Shown here: positions 45,957-56,255 of the stretch, in pieces | Position numbering within the stretch: position 1 is the first letter of the stretch | Layout: the number at the start of each line of letters is the position of its first letter | Origin: Candidatus Nomurabacteria bacterium | GTDB taxonomy: Bacteria; Patescibacteriota; Minisyncoccia; Phycocordibacterales; UBA9973 | Reading direction: 5' to 3' | Length of the DNA: 64,000 bases | Assembly: GCA_021413905.1 (NCBI GenBank) | Contig: JAIOPO010000001.1 | Coordinates: forward strand, 73,159-137,158 | The notes under the pieces: model-generated | Databases searched by the model: none | What the model saw: the letters and a program-made list of their open reading frames with translations, nothing else | What the model was told of the DNA's origin: nothing | Made by a program: the position numbers and the translations under genes

Positions 45957-47399
45957 ATGCATAAAAAGATAATTTTGTTTTTCTTTAGTATTGTGTTTTT
46001 CTCCAGTTTTAATTTTGTTTTTGCAAGTCCGACTATAAATGAAATCATGTATGATTTAGACGGTTCTGATGTTGATTGGATAGAAATTTATAATCCTGAT
46101 CAAGCAGATTTGGATTTAACAAGTTTAAAATTATTAATTAATAACTCTACTTCAAATCATAGTATAAATAATTCATCAGGTTCTGCTATCTTACATAAAG
46201 GGGATTATGGTGTAATTGTCGCAAGTTCTTCGTTGTCTAATTATCAAAATAAATGGGGAACTACAGGTAATGTATTTACAAGTAGTTTTAGTTTGAACAA
46301 TGATTCTGGAAAAATTGAAATAAATAATGGTGATAAAACTAATCCTTTGTCTTCTGTTTCATATGATTCTACTCAGGGTGCCGGTGGTGATGGTAATTCT
46401 TTGCAATTAATTTCTGGATCATGGACTGCGACTGCACCGACTCCAAATGTAAATAATACAAATTCTTCTTTAAATTCTAATCAAAATAATAATGATAATA
46501 ATACAAATAATACTTCTTTAAATTCAAATAATAATTCTAATACAAAAACACCTGTAATATTACCAATTAAAACAAAAATAAAAACTAATTCAATTGCTTT
46601 TGTTGGTATGGCAAATATTTTTGAGATGAATGCTAGTGGTCATTCAGGTGAAGACTTACATTATGGTAAATATTTCTGGAATTTTGGTGATGGTGATTCA
46701 AAAGAAGTTAATTTGATTGATGCAAATAAATTTACACATACTTATTTTTATCCAGGTGAATATAATGTAACTTTGGGATATTATCAAAATTTTTATTCTG
46801 ATATACCGGATGCGCTTGATAAATTTACGATAAAAGTTATTCCAGTAGGAATAATAATATCTTCTGTCGGCAATGACAAAGATTTTTTCATAGAATTAAA
46901 AAATAATTCAGATTATGATACTGATATTTCGAAATGGGTTTTATTTGGTGATAATAAAAATTTTATTTTACCAAAAGGCACCATTTTAAATGCTGGTGAT
47001 ACTATGATATTATCACCAAAATTGACTCATTTTAATTTGAATGACAAGAATTTTTTAATTTTAAAAAATTCTGATTATCAAGATGTTTTTTATTATTCAA
47101 AAAATACAAAAATAAAATCTGAAAATAAGATTTCTGGTTTAGTATCTAAAAAACAAATTGCAAAAAACAATATTTCTTATGAAGATATGAATAATAATAA
47201 AATTTCATTATCAGTACCGATTCTTTCATTAAATAATTCAGCAAAAAACACAAGTGATGTTTCCGATAATGATAAAGATTTATTTTTTTATTTAGGTTTT
47301 GTTACTTTTTTAGGGCTTATGTCTGGTATCGTTTATTTTGTTCGAAAGAATAGATTTTTTTCAAAAAAAGAAGAAGATTTTAAAATTCTAGATGAATGA
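45957..47399 (+). CDS. Lamin-tail-domain (LTD) surface protein with N/S-rich linker and C-terminal TM anchor
   Basis: 480 aa; signal peptide, INEIMYDLDGSDVDWIEIYNP LTD start, low-complexity N/S/T tract, a second LTD-like block, C-terminal hydrophobic anchor plus basic tail. Confidence 0.55.
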   Translation: MHKKIILFFFSIVFFSSFNFVFASPTINEIMYDLDGSDVDWIEIYNPDQADLDLTSLKLLINNSTSNHSINNSSGSAILHKGDYGVIVASSSLSNYQNKWGTTGNVFTSSFSLNNDSGKIEINNGDKTNPLSSVSYDSTQGAGGDGNSLQLISGSWTATAPTPNVNNTNSSLNSNQNNNDNNTNNTSLNSNNNSNTKTPVILPIKTKIKTNSIAFVGMANIFEMNASGHSGEDLHYGKYFWNFGDGDSKEVNLIDANKFTHTYFYPGEYNVTLGYYQNFYSDIPDALDKFTIKVIPVGIIISSVGNDKDFFIELKNNSDYDTDISKWVLFGDNKNFILPKGTILNAGDTMILSPKLTHFNLNDKNFLILKNSDYQDVFYYSKNTKIKSENKISGLVSKKQIAKNNISYEDMNNNKISLSVPILSLNNSAKNTSDVSDNDKDLFFYLGFVTFLGLMSGIVYFVRKNRFFSKKEEDFKILDE

Positions 47400-48625
47400 T
47401 ATATAATATCTTAATGGAAAAGAATATAATTATTGTCGGAGGAGGTTTTGGTGGAATACAGTCAGCTATTTCTCTTGCTAGAAAAAAAATAAAAAATGTA
47501 AAAATAACTTTAATTTCTAATAAAGATTATTTTCAATATTATCCTGGTTTTTATCGTATTGTTACAGGGGCAAGTCCTATTGAAGTCGCAATACCTTTGA
47601 GTGATATTTTACCTAAAGAAGTAAATTTAGTAATTAAATCAGTTAATGATATTAATTTGGTTGAAAAGAAAATTTCTTGCGAAGATAATTATTCTTTTTA
47701 TTATGACACTTTAGTTTTAGCATTGGGTTCTGAAACTACATATTTTAATTTACCAGGCATTGAAGAATTATCTTTTGGTTTTAAATCAGTAGATGAAGCT
47801 TTGAAATTAAAAAAACATTTGGTTTCTTTATTTGAAGATTTTAAAGATTTTGATAAAAATGATTCAACTTCTCATTTTCATTTTATTATTGTTGGTGGAG
47901 GTCCTTCGGGCGTGGAAGTAGCAGGAGATTTGTCATATTTTTTGCCAAAATTGGCAAAAGAATACAAAATAGATCCTTCTTGGATTACAATTGATTTAAT
48001 TGATTCTAATTCTCGTATTTTGCCGACATTGCCGGAAAAAGTTTCAACCAGAATTTTAGCTCGATTAAGAAAATTAGGAATAAATATTTTTTTGAATCGT
48101 ACGATGGAAAAAGAAGAATTAGAACAAGTCTTCATAAAAGGAATGTCTATAAAAGCTAAAACAGTTATTTGGACAGCTGGAACTCAATTAAATAAATTGA
48201 TTCCAAAAATTTCTGGTTTGCAATTTTCTGCTCGCAAGAGAGTCGAGGTTAATGAATATTTGGAAGCAAAAGGAAGTGATAAAATATTTGCAGATGTTTT
48301 TATTGTGGGTGATATAGCCAATACTCCTTATGCTGGACTTGCGCAAACAGCTATACATAATGCAAGATTTGTATCAAAAGTTATTTCAATGCGAAGTAAA
48401 AATAAAAAAATAAAAATTTATAAACCTGAAAAAGTAGCTTTCTCTATTCCTGTTGGTGTGGATTGGGGAGTGTTTTCAATGGGAAATATTAATTTTTATG
48501 GTTTTTTTGCTTACTTTGTTCGCCATGCTATTGATTTCGTATTCTTTTTTCAGGTATTGTCTTTTGTTAAATTCATTGGTTTATTTATAAAAGGTTGGAA
48601 ATATAGAAAAATAAAGTTAAAATAA
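47396..48625 (+). CDS. Type II NADH dehydrogenase-like FAD/NAD(P)-binding oxidoreductase (NDH-2 family)
   Basis: 409 aa; two Rossmann GxGxxG motifs (IIIVGGGFGG, IIVGGGPSGVE) and a C-terminal hydrophobic segment. Confidence 0.6.
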   Translation: MIYNILMEKNIIIVGGGFGGIQSAISLARKKIKNVKITLISNKDYFQYYPGFYRIVTGASPIEVAIPLSDILPKEVNLVIKSVNDINLVEKKISCEDNYSFYYDTLVLALGSETTYFNLPGIEELSFGFKSVDEALKLKKHLVSLFEDFKDFDKNDSTSHFHFIIVGGGPSGVEVAGDLSYFLPKLAKEYKIDPSWITIDLIDSNSRILPTLPEKVSTRILARLRKLGINIFLNRTMEKEELEQVFIKGMSIKAKTVIWTAGTQLNKLIPKISGLQFSARKRVEVNEYLEAKGSDKIFADVFIVGDIANTPYAGLAQTAIHNARFVSKVISMRSKNKKIKIYKPEKVAFSIPVGVDWGVFSMGNINFYGFFAYFVRHAIDFVFFFQVLSFVKFIGLFIKGWKYRKIKLK

Positions 48626-48629
48626 AATT

Positions 48630-48845
48630 ATGTTTAAAAATTTTTTATTAAAAAAAATGCTTCGCACTCAAGGTGTACCAGAAGCTCAAATAGATATGGT
48701 TATCACAATGATGGAAAAAGATCCGGAATTGTTTAAGAAAATAGCTTTAGAAGTGCAAGAAAAAATAAAATCAGGAGTTGATCAACAAACTGCATCTATG
48801 CAGGTAATGCAGAAATATCAAGACCAACTTAAAAAATTGGTTTAA
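48630..48845 (+). CDS. Hypothetical small protein
   Basis: 71-aa ORF. Confidence 0.25.
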   Translation: MFKNFLLKKMLRTQGVPEAQIDMVITMMEKDPELFKKIALEVQEKIKSGVDQQTASMQVMQKYQDQLKKLV

Positions 48846-48945
48846 ATTTTGCCTTTTTTAAAATTGTGTGCTATTATGGATTTAATAAATCCCGTCGGGG
48901 TTTTTATTTTTCAACTATTAATTAATTTAAGTATTTAAGAAAATT

Positions 48946-50745
48946 ATGGAAATAAGAAATATTGCAATTATAGCTCACGTGGACCACGGCAAAACAACTT
49001 TGACTGATGCTTTAATGAAACAAAATGGAGCTATTGTGGCCGAAGGTGTATCAATGGATTCCAATGATTTGGAAAAGGAACGCGGTATTACTATTTACTC
49101 AAAAAACACTTCTATATACTATAAAGACACAAAGATAAACATTGTGGATACTCCTGGGCACGCGGATTTCGGTTCTGAAGTAGAACGTGTTTTACGCGCG
49201 ATTGATTCCGTGCTTTTGCTCGTGGATGCGGTGGAAGGCCCAATGCCTCAGACAAGATTCGTTTTGAAAAAGTCACTTGAGCTCGGTTTGAAACCAATCG
49301 TTGTTATCAATAAAATAGACAAACCTGCTTCTGATCCGGCTCGTGTACACGATGAAGTATTGGAACTTTTCTTGGACCTCGGAGCCTCAGATGAACAAGC
49401 GAATTTCGAAGTTATTTATGCTATTGGTAGACAAGGTTTGGCAAAAAAGAATTTGGAAGATGATTCAAAAGATTTGACACCATTACTTGATTTAATTTTA
49501 GAAAAAGTGCCACCGGCTTCAAAAGACGAAGATGGAAAATTAGTCGCGCAAGTTTTCAACCTTGGTTATGACAATTTTATGGGACGTTTGGCTATCGCTC
49601 GTATATATGGCGGTAAAGTAAAAATGGGCAGTCCTCTGATTATTAAAAATGAAAATGGCACACGTCCTGGAAAAATCACAAAACTTTTTGTCTTCGAAGG
49701 AATCAACAGAAAAGAAGTGCAAGAAGCTACTTCAGGAGACATTGTGTTGCTCGCCGGTATTCCTGATATTTATATTGGTGAAACTATTTGTGAAGATGAA
49801 AGTACTCAATCATTGCCAATGATTGCGATTGATGAGCCGACAATCTCTTTGAATTTTTTAGTAAATGATTCTCCTTTTGCCGGTAAAGAAGGCAAGTTCG
49901 TAACATCAAGACAAATAAAAGAAAGACTCGAACGTGAACTTGAAATCAACGTTGGTTTGAAAGTAGATTTTTCTCCTGAACAAGAAGGTTCTGGGCCTAG
50001 TTTTTTTAAAGTATACGGTAGGGGTGAATTGCATATTGCTATACTTTTAGAAAATATGCGTCGCGAAGGTTATGAATTGCAAGTCTCTCAACCTGAAGTA
50101 ATTATTAAAGAAGAAAATGGTCAAAAGACAGAACCATACGAAGAATTAGTTATAGATGTGCCAGATGAATCTTCTGGTGTTGTTATTGAAAAAATAGGAA
50201 AACGTCGAGGTATTATGAAAAACATGATACAAAAAGGAAATCTTGCCAGAATTACTTTTGAATTACCAACTCGCGGACTTTTGGGCTACAGAGGAGAATT
50301 TATTATTGACACAAAAGGTGAGGGAATTATGTCTTCTCGTGTTATTGGTTTCCAAGAGTACGCAGGAGAAATAAAGAAAAGAGAATATGGTTCTATGACA
50401 TCTATGGTTGCTGGTAAAGCCGTGGCTTTCTCACTTGCAAATCTTCAAGAGCGTGGAATTCTTTACATAGAACATGGAACAGAAGTTTATGAAGGTCAAG
50501 TAATAGGTAATGTTTTGAAAGGAGAAGATATGGCTGTGAATCCTACAAAAGGAAAACAATTAACGAACATGAGAGCATCTGGTACAGATGAAGCTTTGTC
50601 TTTAAAACCTGTTTTTGTACTTAGTATTGAACGCGGTTTGGAAACAATGGCAGGTGATGAATATTTAGAAGTTACTCCAAAATCAGTTAGACTTAGAAAA
50701 AAATTTTTAACAGAGCAAGATAGAATCAAAGCAAATAGAAAATAA
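48946..50745 (+). CDS. typA: Translational GTPase TypA/BipA
   Basis: 599 aa; [18 protein letters not shown]1 motif, DTPGH and NKID motifs, BipA-type C-terminal domain. Confidence 0.9.
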   Translation: MEIRNIAIIAHVDHGKTTLTDALMKQNGAIVAEGVSMDSNDLEKERGITIYSKNTSIYYKDTKINIVDTPGHADFGSEVERVLRAIDSVLLLVDAVEGPMPQTRFVLKKSLELGLKPIVVINKIDKPASDPARVHDEVLELFLDLGASDEQANFEVIYAIGRQGLAKKNLEDDSKDLTPLLDLILEKVPPASKDEDGKLVAQVFNLGYDNFMGRLAIARIYGGKVKMGSPLIIKNENGTRPGKITKLFVFEGINRKEVQEATSGDIVLLAGIPDIYIGETICEDESTQSLPMIAIDEPTISLNFLVNDSPFAGKEGKFVTSRQIKERLERELEINVGLKVDFSPEQEGSGPSFFKVYGRGELHIAILLENMRREGYELQVSQPEVIIKEENGQKTEPYEELVIDVPDESSGVVIEKIGKRRGIMKNMIQKGNLARITFELPTRGLLGYRGEFIIDTKGEGIMSSRVIGFQEYAGEIKKREYGSMTSMVAGKAVAFSLANLQERGILYIEHGTEVYEGQVIGNVLKGEDMAVNPTKGKQLTNMRASGTDEALSLKPVFVLSIERGLETMAGDEYLEVTPKSVRLRKKFLTEQDRIKANRK

Positions 50746-50816
50746 AATGTCAGATTTGACATTGAGTTAAAAAAGTGTATAATTAAGTTATAAATTATTA
50801 TTAAAAAATATAAATT

Positions 50817-51845
50817 ATGTCAACAATAACATTTAAACCAAAACAAGTTACAAAAAAAATAACATCTCACCTACAAGATCGTGCTAATGATGTGATAATG
50901 AATCGTTTTGGTCTAACTGTTGACGCTGAAAGAAAGACTCTAGAAGCTATTGGAGAGAAATATGGCATAACTCGTGAACGCGTTCGTCAGATAGAAGAAG
51001 CTGCCTTGAATTTAATAAAAAAATCAAGTGCTTTTAAAGGAGAACAAGCTGTTTTTGAAGAATTAAAACAATTGATTAAATCTATGGGTTCTATCGTGGC
51101 TGAACATGATTTTTTGCCTAGTTTGTCTAAAGATAAAGCTACACAAAATCACATTCATTTTTATTTAGTTTTAAGTGATTTTTTCAAAAAACATCGAGAA
51201 GATAATCATTTTCATACTCGTTGGAGTATTGATGATGAAGTTGCAGTAAAGGTCCATGATTCTTTAAAGAAACTTTATTCTTCACTTAAAGATGAAGACT
51301 TGGTTCCTGAAACAGAAATGATTAAAAAATTTTTTGATCAAATGAAAGATGTGGCTGAAGATTATAAAAATGATGAAGTTGCTAACCGATGGTTGAGTAT
51401 CTCTAAAACAGTATCTAAAAATCCTTTAGGTGAATGGGGTAAAGCTACTTCACCAAATATTCGTACTCGTGGAGTTAAAGATTATGCTTTTTTGGTTATG
51501 CGCAAACACGGCTCTCCAATGCATTTTAAAGAAGTGGCAGATGCTATAACTAAAACTTTTAGTAAAAAGACTCATTATGCTACTTGTCACAATGAACTTA
51601 TAAAAGACTCTCGTTTTGTTTTAGTTGGACGCGGTATTTATGCTTTGGCTGAATGGGGTTATAAAACAGGTATTGCTCGTGATGTCATAAAAGATATTCT
51701 GAAAGCAGAAGGCCCTTTAAGCAAAGAAGATGTTGTAGATAGAGTTATGAAAGAAAGATATTTCAAGAAGAATACTATTTTAGTTAATCTACAAAATTCT
51801 AAATTCTTTAAAAAGAATAAAAATGGTTTATACGACTTAGTTTAG
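50817..51845 (+). CDS. Sigma-70 region-4-like HTH plus HARE-HTH domain protein (putative transcription-associated factor)
   Basis: 342 aa; N-terminal YGITRERVRQIEEAAL region-4-type HTH; C-terminal PMHFKEVADAI...VGRGIYALAEWGY HARE-HTH pattern. Confidence 0.4.
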   Translation: MSTITFKPKQVTKKITSHLQDRANDVIMNRFGLTVDAERKTLEAIGEKYGITRERVRQIEEAALNLIKKSSAFKGEQAVFEELKQLIKSMGSIVAEHDFLPSLSKDKATQNHIHFYLVLSDFFKKHREDNHFHTRWSIDDEVAVKVHDSLKKLYSSLKDEDLVPETEMIKKFFDQMKDVAEDYKNDEVANRWLSISKTVSKNPLGEWGKATSPNIRTRGVKDYAFLVMRKHGSPMHFKEVADAITKTFSKKTHYATCHNELIKDSRFVLVGRGIYALAEWGYKTGIARDVIKDILKAEGPLSKEDVVDRVMKERYFKKNTILVNLQNSKFFKKNKNGLYDLV

Positions 51846-51900
51846 AGTATCCCCATTAATTCGTTTTGATTAAAATCATTTATGTATTAAAATATACTTA

Positions 51901-53193
51901 ATGATTCATTCAGTCTTATATTTATTGTCGCAGGCGGTTATGTTTTTGTGGCCATTTGTGGTCTTGTTTTATCTTGGCAAATTCGCAAGAAGTTTGTGGT
52001 TGCATTATGTTCAACAAGATTTTATATCTGGTATAGAATGGGTAATACTTGAAATAATTCCTCCTCGTGAAGTGGAACGTTCTCCGAAAGCTATGGAATT
52101 ATTTTTCACAAATGCTTTGTATCATTTTAGTAATAAAGGTGGTTTGGAAGCATGGTGGGTGGGAGCTGTGTGGTTTTATTATTCTTTAGAAATAGTGTCT
52201 ATTGAAGGCACTGTGCATTTTTATATTCGTGTTCCTTCTCGCTTAAAAGAATTTGTTGAAACTAATATGTATGCTCAGTATCCACAAGCTCAAATAAAAG
52301 TAGTCGATGATTATACTTTAGCGGTGGATGAAATATCAGATAAAAGTAGTTGGAATTTATGGGGTTGTGAATTTGCTTTGGAAAAACCAGAAGCTTATCC
52401 TATTAAAACTTATACTGATTTTGGTTTGGATAAAGATCCAAAAGAAGAATTTAAAGTAGATCCTATTTCTCCTGTTGTTGAACTTTTTGCTTCTGTGGCT
52501 AAAGGTGAACAAATGTGGGTACAAATAGTAGTGAGACCTTCTAAAAAAGAATTTCACGGAAAAGGTGAAGTACATGATTGGGTTAAAGAATCTCAAGATG
52601 AACTCGAAAGACTTTTTGAAAAATACGGTCGTATGAATGTAATTGAAGGAGAAGAAAAATTACAAAAAGTTCGTCCTCCTTTTACAATGGAGCCTATAAT
52701 GAGAGGTATCAATGAAAAGACAATGAAGCTCGGTTTTGATACTGGTATTAGAGTTTGTTATGTTGCTAAAAAAGAAGCATGGAGCATGAATAGCCGACGT
52801 AATATACGTATGATTTTTCGTCAGTATGCTAAACCAAATTCAAATAGTCTGGTTCGTGTTAATTCAACACAGGCTGATGCTTTGGGTGGGCCATTGTTTC
52901 CGGGTTGGTTTCCTTTGTCAACTAAGAATGTTCAAATATTGGCTAATAGAATGTTGATGGAATATAGAGAAAGATCTTTTTTCTATCATCCTTTAAGACA
53001 AAAGATTTTACATCATTTGCCTTGGCCTTTTTCTCCTTATTTAATGCCAGCTTATTTTCATTCAAGTTATTTCGTTTTAAATGTAGAAGAACTTGCGACC
53101 TTATGGCATTTTCCTGGTCAAATACTTAAAGTACCAACATTTGAACGTATTGAATCAAAAGAGGCTGCTCCACCTACTAATTTGCCAGTATAG
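51901..53193 (+). CDS. Membrane-anchored hypothetical protein
   Basis: 430 aa; N-terminal TM helix; no recognisable catalytic motif. Confidence 0.3.
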   Translation: MIHSVLYLLSQAVMFLWPFVVLFYLGKFARSLWLHYVQQDFISGIEWVILEIIPPREVERSPKAMELFFTNALYHFSNKGGLEAWWVGAVWFYYSLEIVSIEGTVHFYIRVPSRLKEFVETNMYAQYPQAQIKVVDDYTLAVDEISDKSSWNLWGCEFALEKPEAYPIKTYTDFGLDKDPKEEFKVDPISPVVELFASVAKGEQMWVQIVVRPSKKEFHGKGEVHDWVKESQDELERLFEKYGRMNVIEGEEKLQKVRPPFTMEPIMRGINEKTMKLGFDTGIRVCYVAKKEAWSMNSRRNIRMIFRQYAKPNSNSLVRVNSTQADALGGPLFPGWFPLSTKNVQILANRMLMEYRERSFFYHPLRQKILHHLPWPFSPYLMPAYFHSSYFVLNVEELATLWHFPGQILKVPTFERIESKEAAPPTNLPV

Positions 53194-53199
53194 TATTTT

Positions 53200-54090
53200 A
53201 TGGAAAATAAAATTACAATTAAATTATATTTAGTAATTTTATTTTGTTTTTTATCTGTTTTATTTTTGTATTATTTTTTTATAAGTGCTCCAGAAAAATT
53301 TCCTGTAAATAATATTTATAATATAGAAACAGGTGTAAGTTTACGACATATTTCAAAAGATTTAAGAGATTTGAATATTATAAGATCAAGATTTTTATTT
53401 GAATCTTTTACGATACTTTATGGAGGAGAAAAACATCTTGCTGAAGGTGATTATCTTTTTGATAAAAAAATATCTGTTATTGAAGTAGCTAGACGTATTA
53501 CATATAAAGAGAGACATTTGGCTCCGATAAAAATAACTATTCCTGAAGGATTTAATAATGAGGATATATCAACTTATATTTTTTTAAAGTTGTCTAAATT
53601 TAATAAAGATAAATTTATTTTATTATCAAAAGAAAAACAAGGATATTTGTTTCCTGATACATATTTTTTCTTCAGTGCTTCTAATGAAAATGATGTTTTA
53701 AAAGCTATGAGTGACAATTTTAATAAAAAGATAAATCCAATTTTATCTGAAATTAAAGATTCTGGAAAAAGTGAAAAAGATATTATTGTTATGGCATCTT
53801 TAATAGAACGTGAAGCAAAAGGTGATGAAGATAGAGCAATAATTTCAGGTATTTTATGGAATAGAATTGCAAAAAAGATGTCTTTGCAGGTAGATGCATA
53901 TCCTGAAACTTATAATAAAAAAGGTTTACCGGAAAACCCTATTTGTAATCCTGGTTTGAAAGCTATTAAATCCGCAATTCATCCTCAGAATTCAAATTAC
54001 TTATATTATTTACATGATAAAAATGGTATAGTGCATTATGCTGTAACTTTTACGGAACATAAAAATAATATAAAAAAGTATTTAAAATAA
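53200..54090 (+). CDS. mltG: Endolytic murein transglycosylase MltG (YceG-like)
   Basis: 296 aa; N-terminal TM anchor then the YceG pattern (GDYLFDKKISVIEV ... MASLIEREA). Confidence 0.7.
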   Translation: MENKITIKLYLVILFCFLSVLFLYYFFISAPEKFPVNNIYNIETGVSLRHISKDLRDLNIIRSRFLFESFTILYGGEKHLAEGDYLFDKKISVIEVARRITYKERHLAPIKITIPEGFNNEDISTYIFLKLSKFNKDKFILLSKEKQGYLFPDTYFFFSASNENDVLKAMSDNFNKKINPILSEIKDSGKSEKDIIVMASLIEREAKGDEDRAIISGILWNRIAKKMSLQVDAYPETYNKKGLPENPICNPGLKAIKSAIHPQNSNYLYYLHDKNGIVHYAVTFTEHKNNIKKYLK

Positions 54091-54106
54091 AAAATATTAG
54101 AATGAT

Positions 54107-54634
54107 ATGAAAAAACACAATTTAGCATTTATAGATATAGAAGCTACAGGTCTCAATGTGACAATACATGAGATTATTGAGATTGGTTGTGTTATTACTA
54201 CGCCAGATTTTGAAGTTATTGAAGAATTTGAATTGAAAATAAAGCCGGAAAATATAGAAAATGCAGATAAAATTTCTTTGAAAGTAAATGGTTATAAATC
54301 TGAAAATTGGATAGATGCTATTTCTTTAAAAGATGCGATGAGAATTTTTGCTGAAAAAGTAAACGGTTGTATTATGGTCGGTCAAAATGTTTCTTTCGAT
54401 AATGCTTTTATTGAATACAATTTAATTAAAACAAATATAACAAATACTTTGCATTATCATAAGTTGGATACTATATCTATTGCTTGGGCGAAACTTCATC
54501 GCGATCCTGACTTGGAGCATTTTTCTTTGCGTGAAATGTGTTTGCGTTTTGGTATAAAAAATGAAAATGCGCATACTGCTCTATCTGACGCCCGCGCCAC
54601 ATTTGAGCTTTACAAAAAGCTTATGGCACTGTAA
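54107..54634 (+). CDS. DEDDh 3'-5' exonuclease (DnaQ/epsilon-like)
   Basis: 175 aa; Exo I FIDIEATGL, Exo II MVGQNVSFDNAF and Exo III HTALSDARAT. Confidence 0.65.
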   Translation: MKKHNLAFIDIEATGLNVTIHEIIEIGCVITTPDFEVIEEFELKIKPENIENADKISLKVNGYKSENWIDAISLKDAMRIFAEKVNGCIMVGQNVSFDNAFIEYNLIKTNITNTLHYHKLDTISIAWAKLHRDPDLEHFSLREMCLRFGIKNENAHTALSDARATFELYKKLMAL

Positions 54635-54643
54635 ATTAAAATT

Positions 54644-55759
54644 ATGAAGAAAAAGACGATATTTGTCGGTATGTCTGGCGGAGTTGACAGCTCTGTTTCT
54701 GTGGCCTTGTTAAAAGAACAAGGTTATGACGTCGTGGGTGTTTTTATTAAGACTTGGCATCCTGATTTTTTAGAGTGTAATGAAGAGGAAGAGCGTCGTG
54801 ATGCTATGCGCAATGCGGCTCATCTTGATATTCCATTTCTTACTTTTGATTTTGAAAAAGAATATAAAAAAGGTGTAGCAGATTATATGATAAATGAATA
54901 TAAAATAGGACGTACTCCAAATCCTGATGTGATGTGCAATAAAGAGGTAAAATTCGGAGCATTTTTTAAAAAATCTTTGGAAATGGGTGCTGATTATGTG
55001 GCGACGGGGCATTATGCTCAAAATAAAAATTTTAATTTAGTAAAAGGCATTGATCCATCAAAAGACCAAAGTTACTTTCTTTGGACTTTGAAACAAGATC
55101 AATTAAATAAAATTTTATTTCCAATAGGACATTTAAAGAAAACTCAAGTCAGAGCTTTGGCAAAGAAATTCAAATTGCCTGTCGCGGAAAAAAAAGACAG
55201 TCAAGGGATTTGTTTTTTAGGTGCAGTGGATTTGAAAGATTTTTTGAAACATTATATTGAAGAAAAAAAAGGTGATGTCTGTAATGAAAATGGAGAAATT
55301 GTGGGTTATCATGATGGGGTAGTTTTTTATACATTAGGAGAAAGACATGGTTTTACTATTACTAAAAAAAGTCCTGATGATAAGCCGTATTATGTAGTAG
55401 GCAAAGATGTTGAGAAAAATATTTTGTATGCATCACAAGACAAAAATGCTCTTGAAAAACGCACGGATATTTTTTTGCTAAAAAATTCCTCGTGCTCGCG
55501 CCAGTCGCGCTCCCAAGGCGTTTTTCAAGAGCATTTTTGTCTTGCTTTAAATAATCTTAATTGGATTTCTGAAATTCCAAAAGAAGATAAAAATTATACA
55601 GCACAGATTCGTTACCATGGAGAATTTTTAACTTGTAAAATAATTTCAAATCAAAATATAACTGAAGTTATTTTTGAAAAACCAGTAATAGTGGCACCTG
55701 GACAGTCTGTTGTGATTTACGATAAAGATATTTGTTTAGGTGGTGGAATTGTAATATAA
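54644..55759 (+). CDS. mnmA: tRNA-specific 2-thiouridylase MnmA
   Basis: 371 aa; PP-loop VGMSGGVDSSV and ATGHYA motif, C-terminal beta-barrel. Confidence 0.85.
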   Translation: MKKKTIFVGMSGGVDSSVSVALLKEQGYDVVGVFIKTWHPDFLECNEEEERRDAMRNAAHLDIPFLTFDFEKEYKKGVADYMINEYKIGRTPNPDVMCNKEVKFGAFFKKSLEMGADYVATGHYAQNKNFNLVKGIDPSKDQSYFLWTLKQDQLNKILFPIGHLKKTQVRALAKKFKLPVAEKKDSQGICFLGAVDLKDFLKHYIEEKKGDVCNENGEIVGYHDGVVFYTLGERHGFTITKKSPDDKPYYVVGKDVEKNILYASQDKNALEKRTDIFLLKNSSCSRQSRSQGVFQEHFCLALNNLNWISEIPKEDKNYTAQIRYHGEFLTCKIISNQNITEVIFEKPVIVAPGQSVVIYDKDICLGGGIVI

Positions 55760-55766
55760 TACAAAT

Positions 55767-56234
55767 ATGACAAACTTTTTTGTGCAAAATAGCGATATAA
55801 TATTAAAATTATTAGTAGCGATGGTTTTGGGTACTATTATTGGAGTTGAAAGAATTTTAGTTCATAAAGAAGCGGGTATGAAAACTCACGCACTTGTGGC
55901 TATGGGGGCGGCTCTTTTTATTATAATTTCTGAGATGATTAGTATAAAATATTCTAGTGTTGGTGGTTTTGATCCTTCACGTATAGCTTCACAAATAATT
56001 GTTGGTATTGGGTTTTTAGGTGCTGGTTCTATAATGTTAAATGGCAATAGGCTTACAGGTCTTACTACAGCAGGAGGTCTTTGGGTAACGGCAGGTATAG
56101 GCATGGCAACCGGTTTTGGTTTTTTTAATTTAGCAGTTATCACTACTGTTTTGGTTTTAGTTGTTTTTGTTTTAATGAGTATAATAGAAAAACCCATAAG
56201 AGAAATGTCGAACGAGAGTAATGATAAAAAATAA
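55767..56234 (+). CDS. MgtC/SapB-family membrane protein
   Basis: 155 aa; LLVAMVLGTIIGVER ... HALVAMGAALF core of the MgtC family. Confidence 0.7.
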   Translation: MTNFFVQNSDIILKLLVAMVLGTIIGVERILVHKEAGMKTHALVAMGAALFIIISEMISIKYSSVGGFDPSRIASQIIVGIGFLGAGSIMLNGNRLTGLTTAGGLWVTAGIGMATGFGFFNLAVITTVLVLVVFVLMSIIEKPIREMSNESNDKK

Positions 56235-56255
56235 ACAAAAATAAATTAAATTTTT

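Noticed and set aside
46440-46560. Near-repetitive AAT/TCT-rich tract, considered as a possible tandem repeat or CRISPR-like array
   Set aside because: It is in-frame low-complexity coding sequence (N/S/T linker) inside the LTD protein gene; no spacer-repeat periodicity
50746-50790. Hairpin ATGTCAGATTTGACAT after typA, considered as a terminator
   Set aside because: No downstream T-run on the plus strand; weak stem; not called
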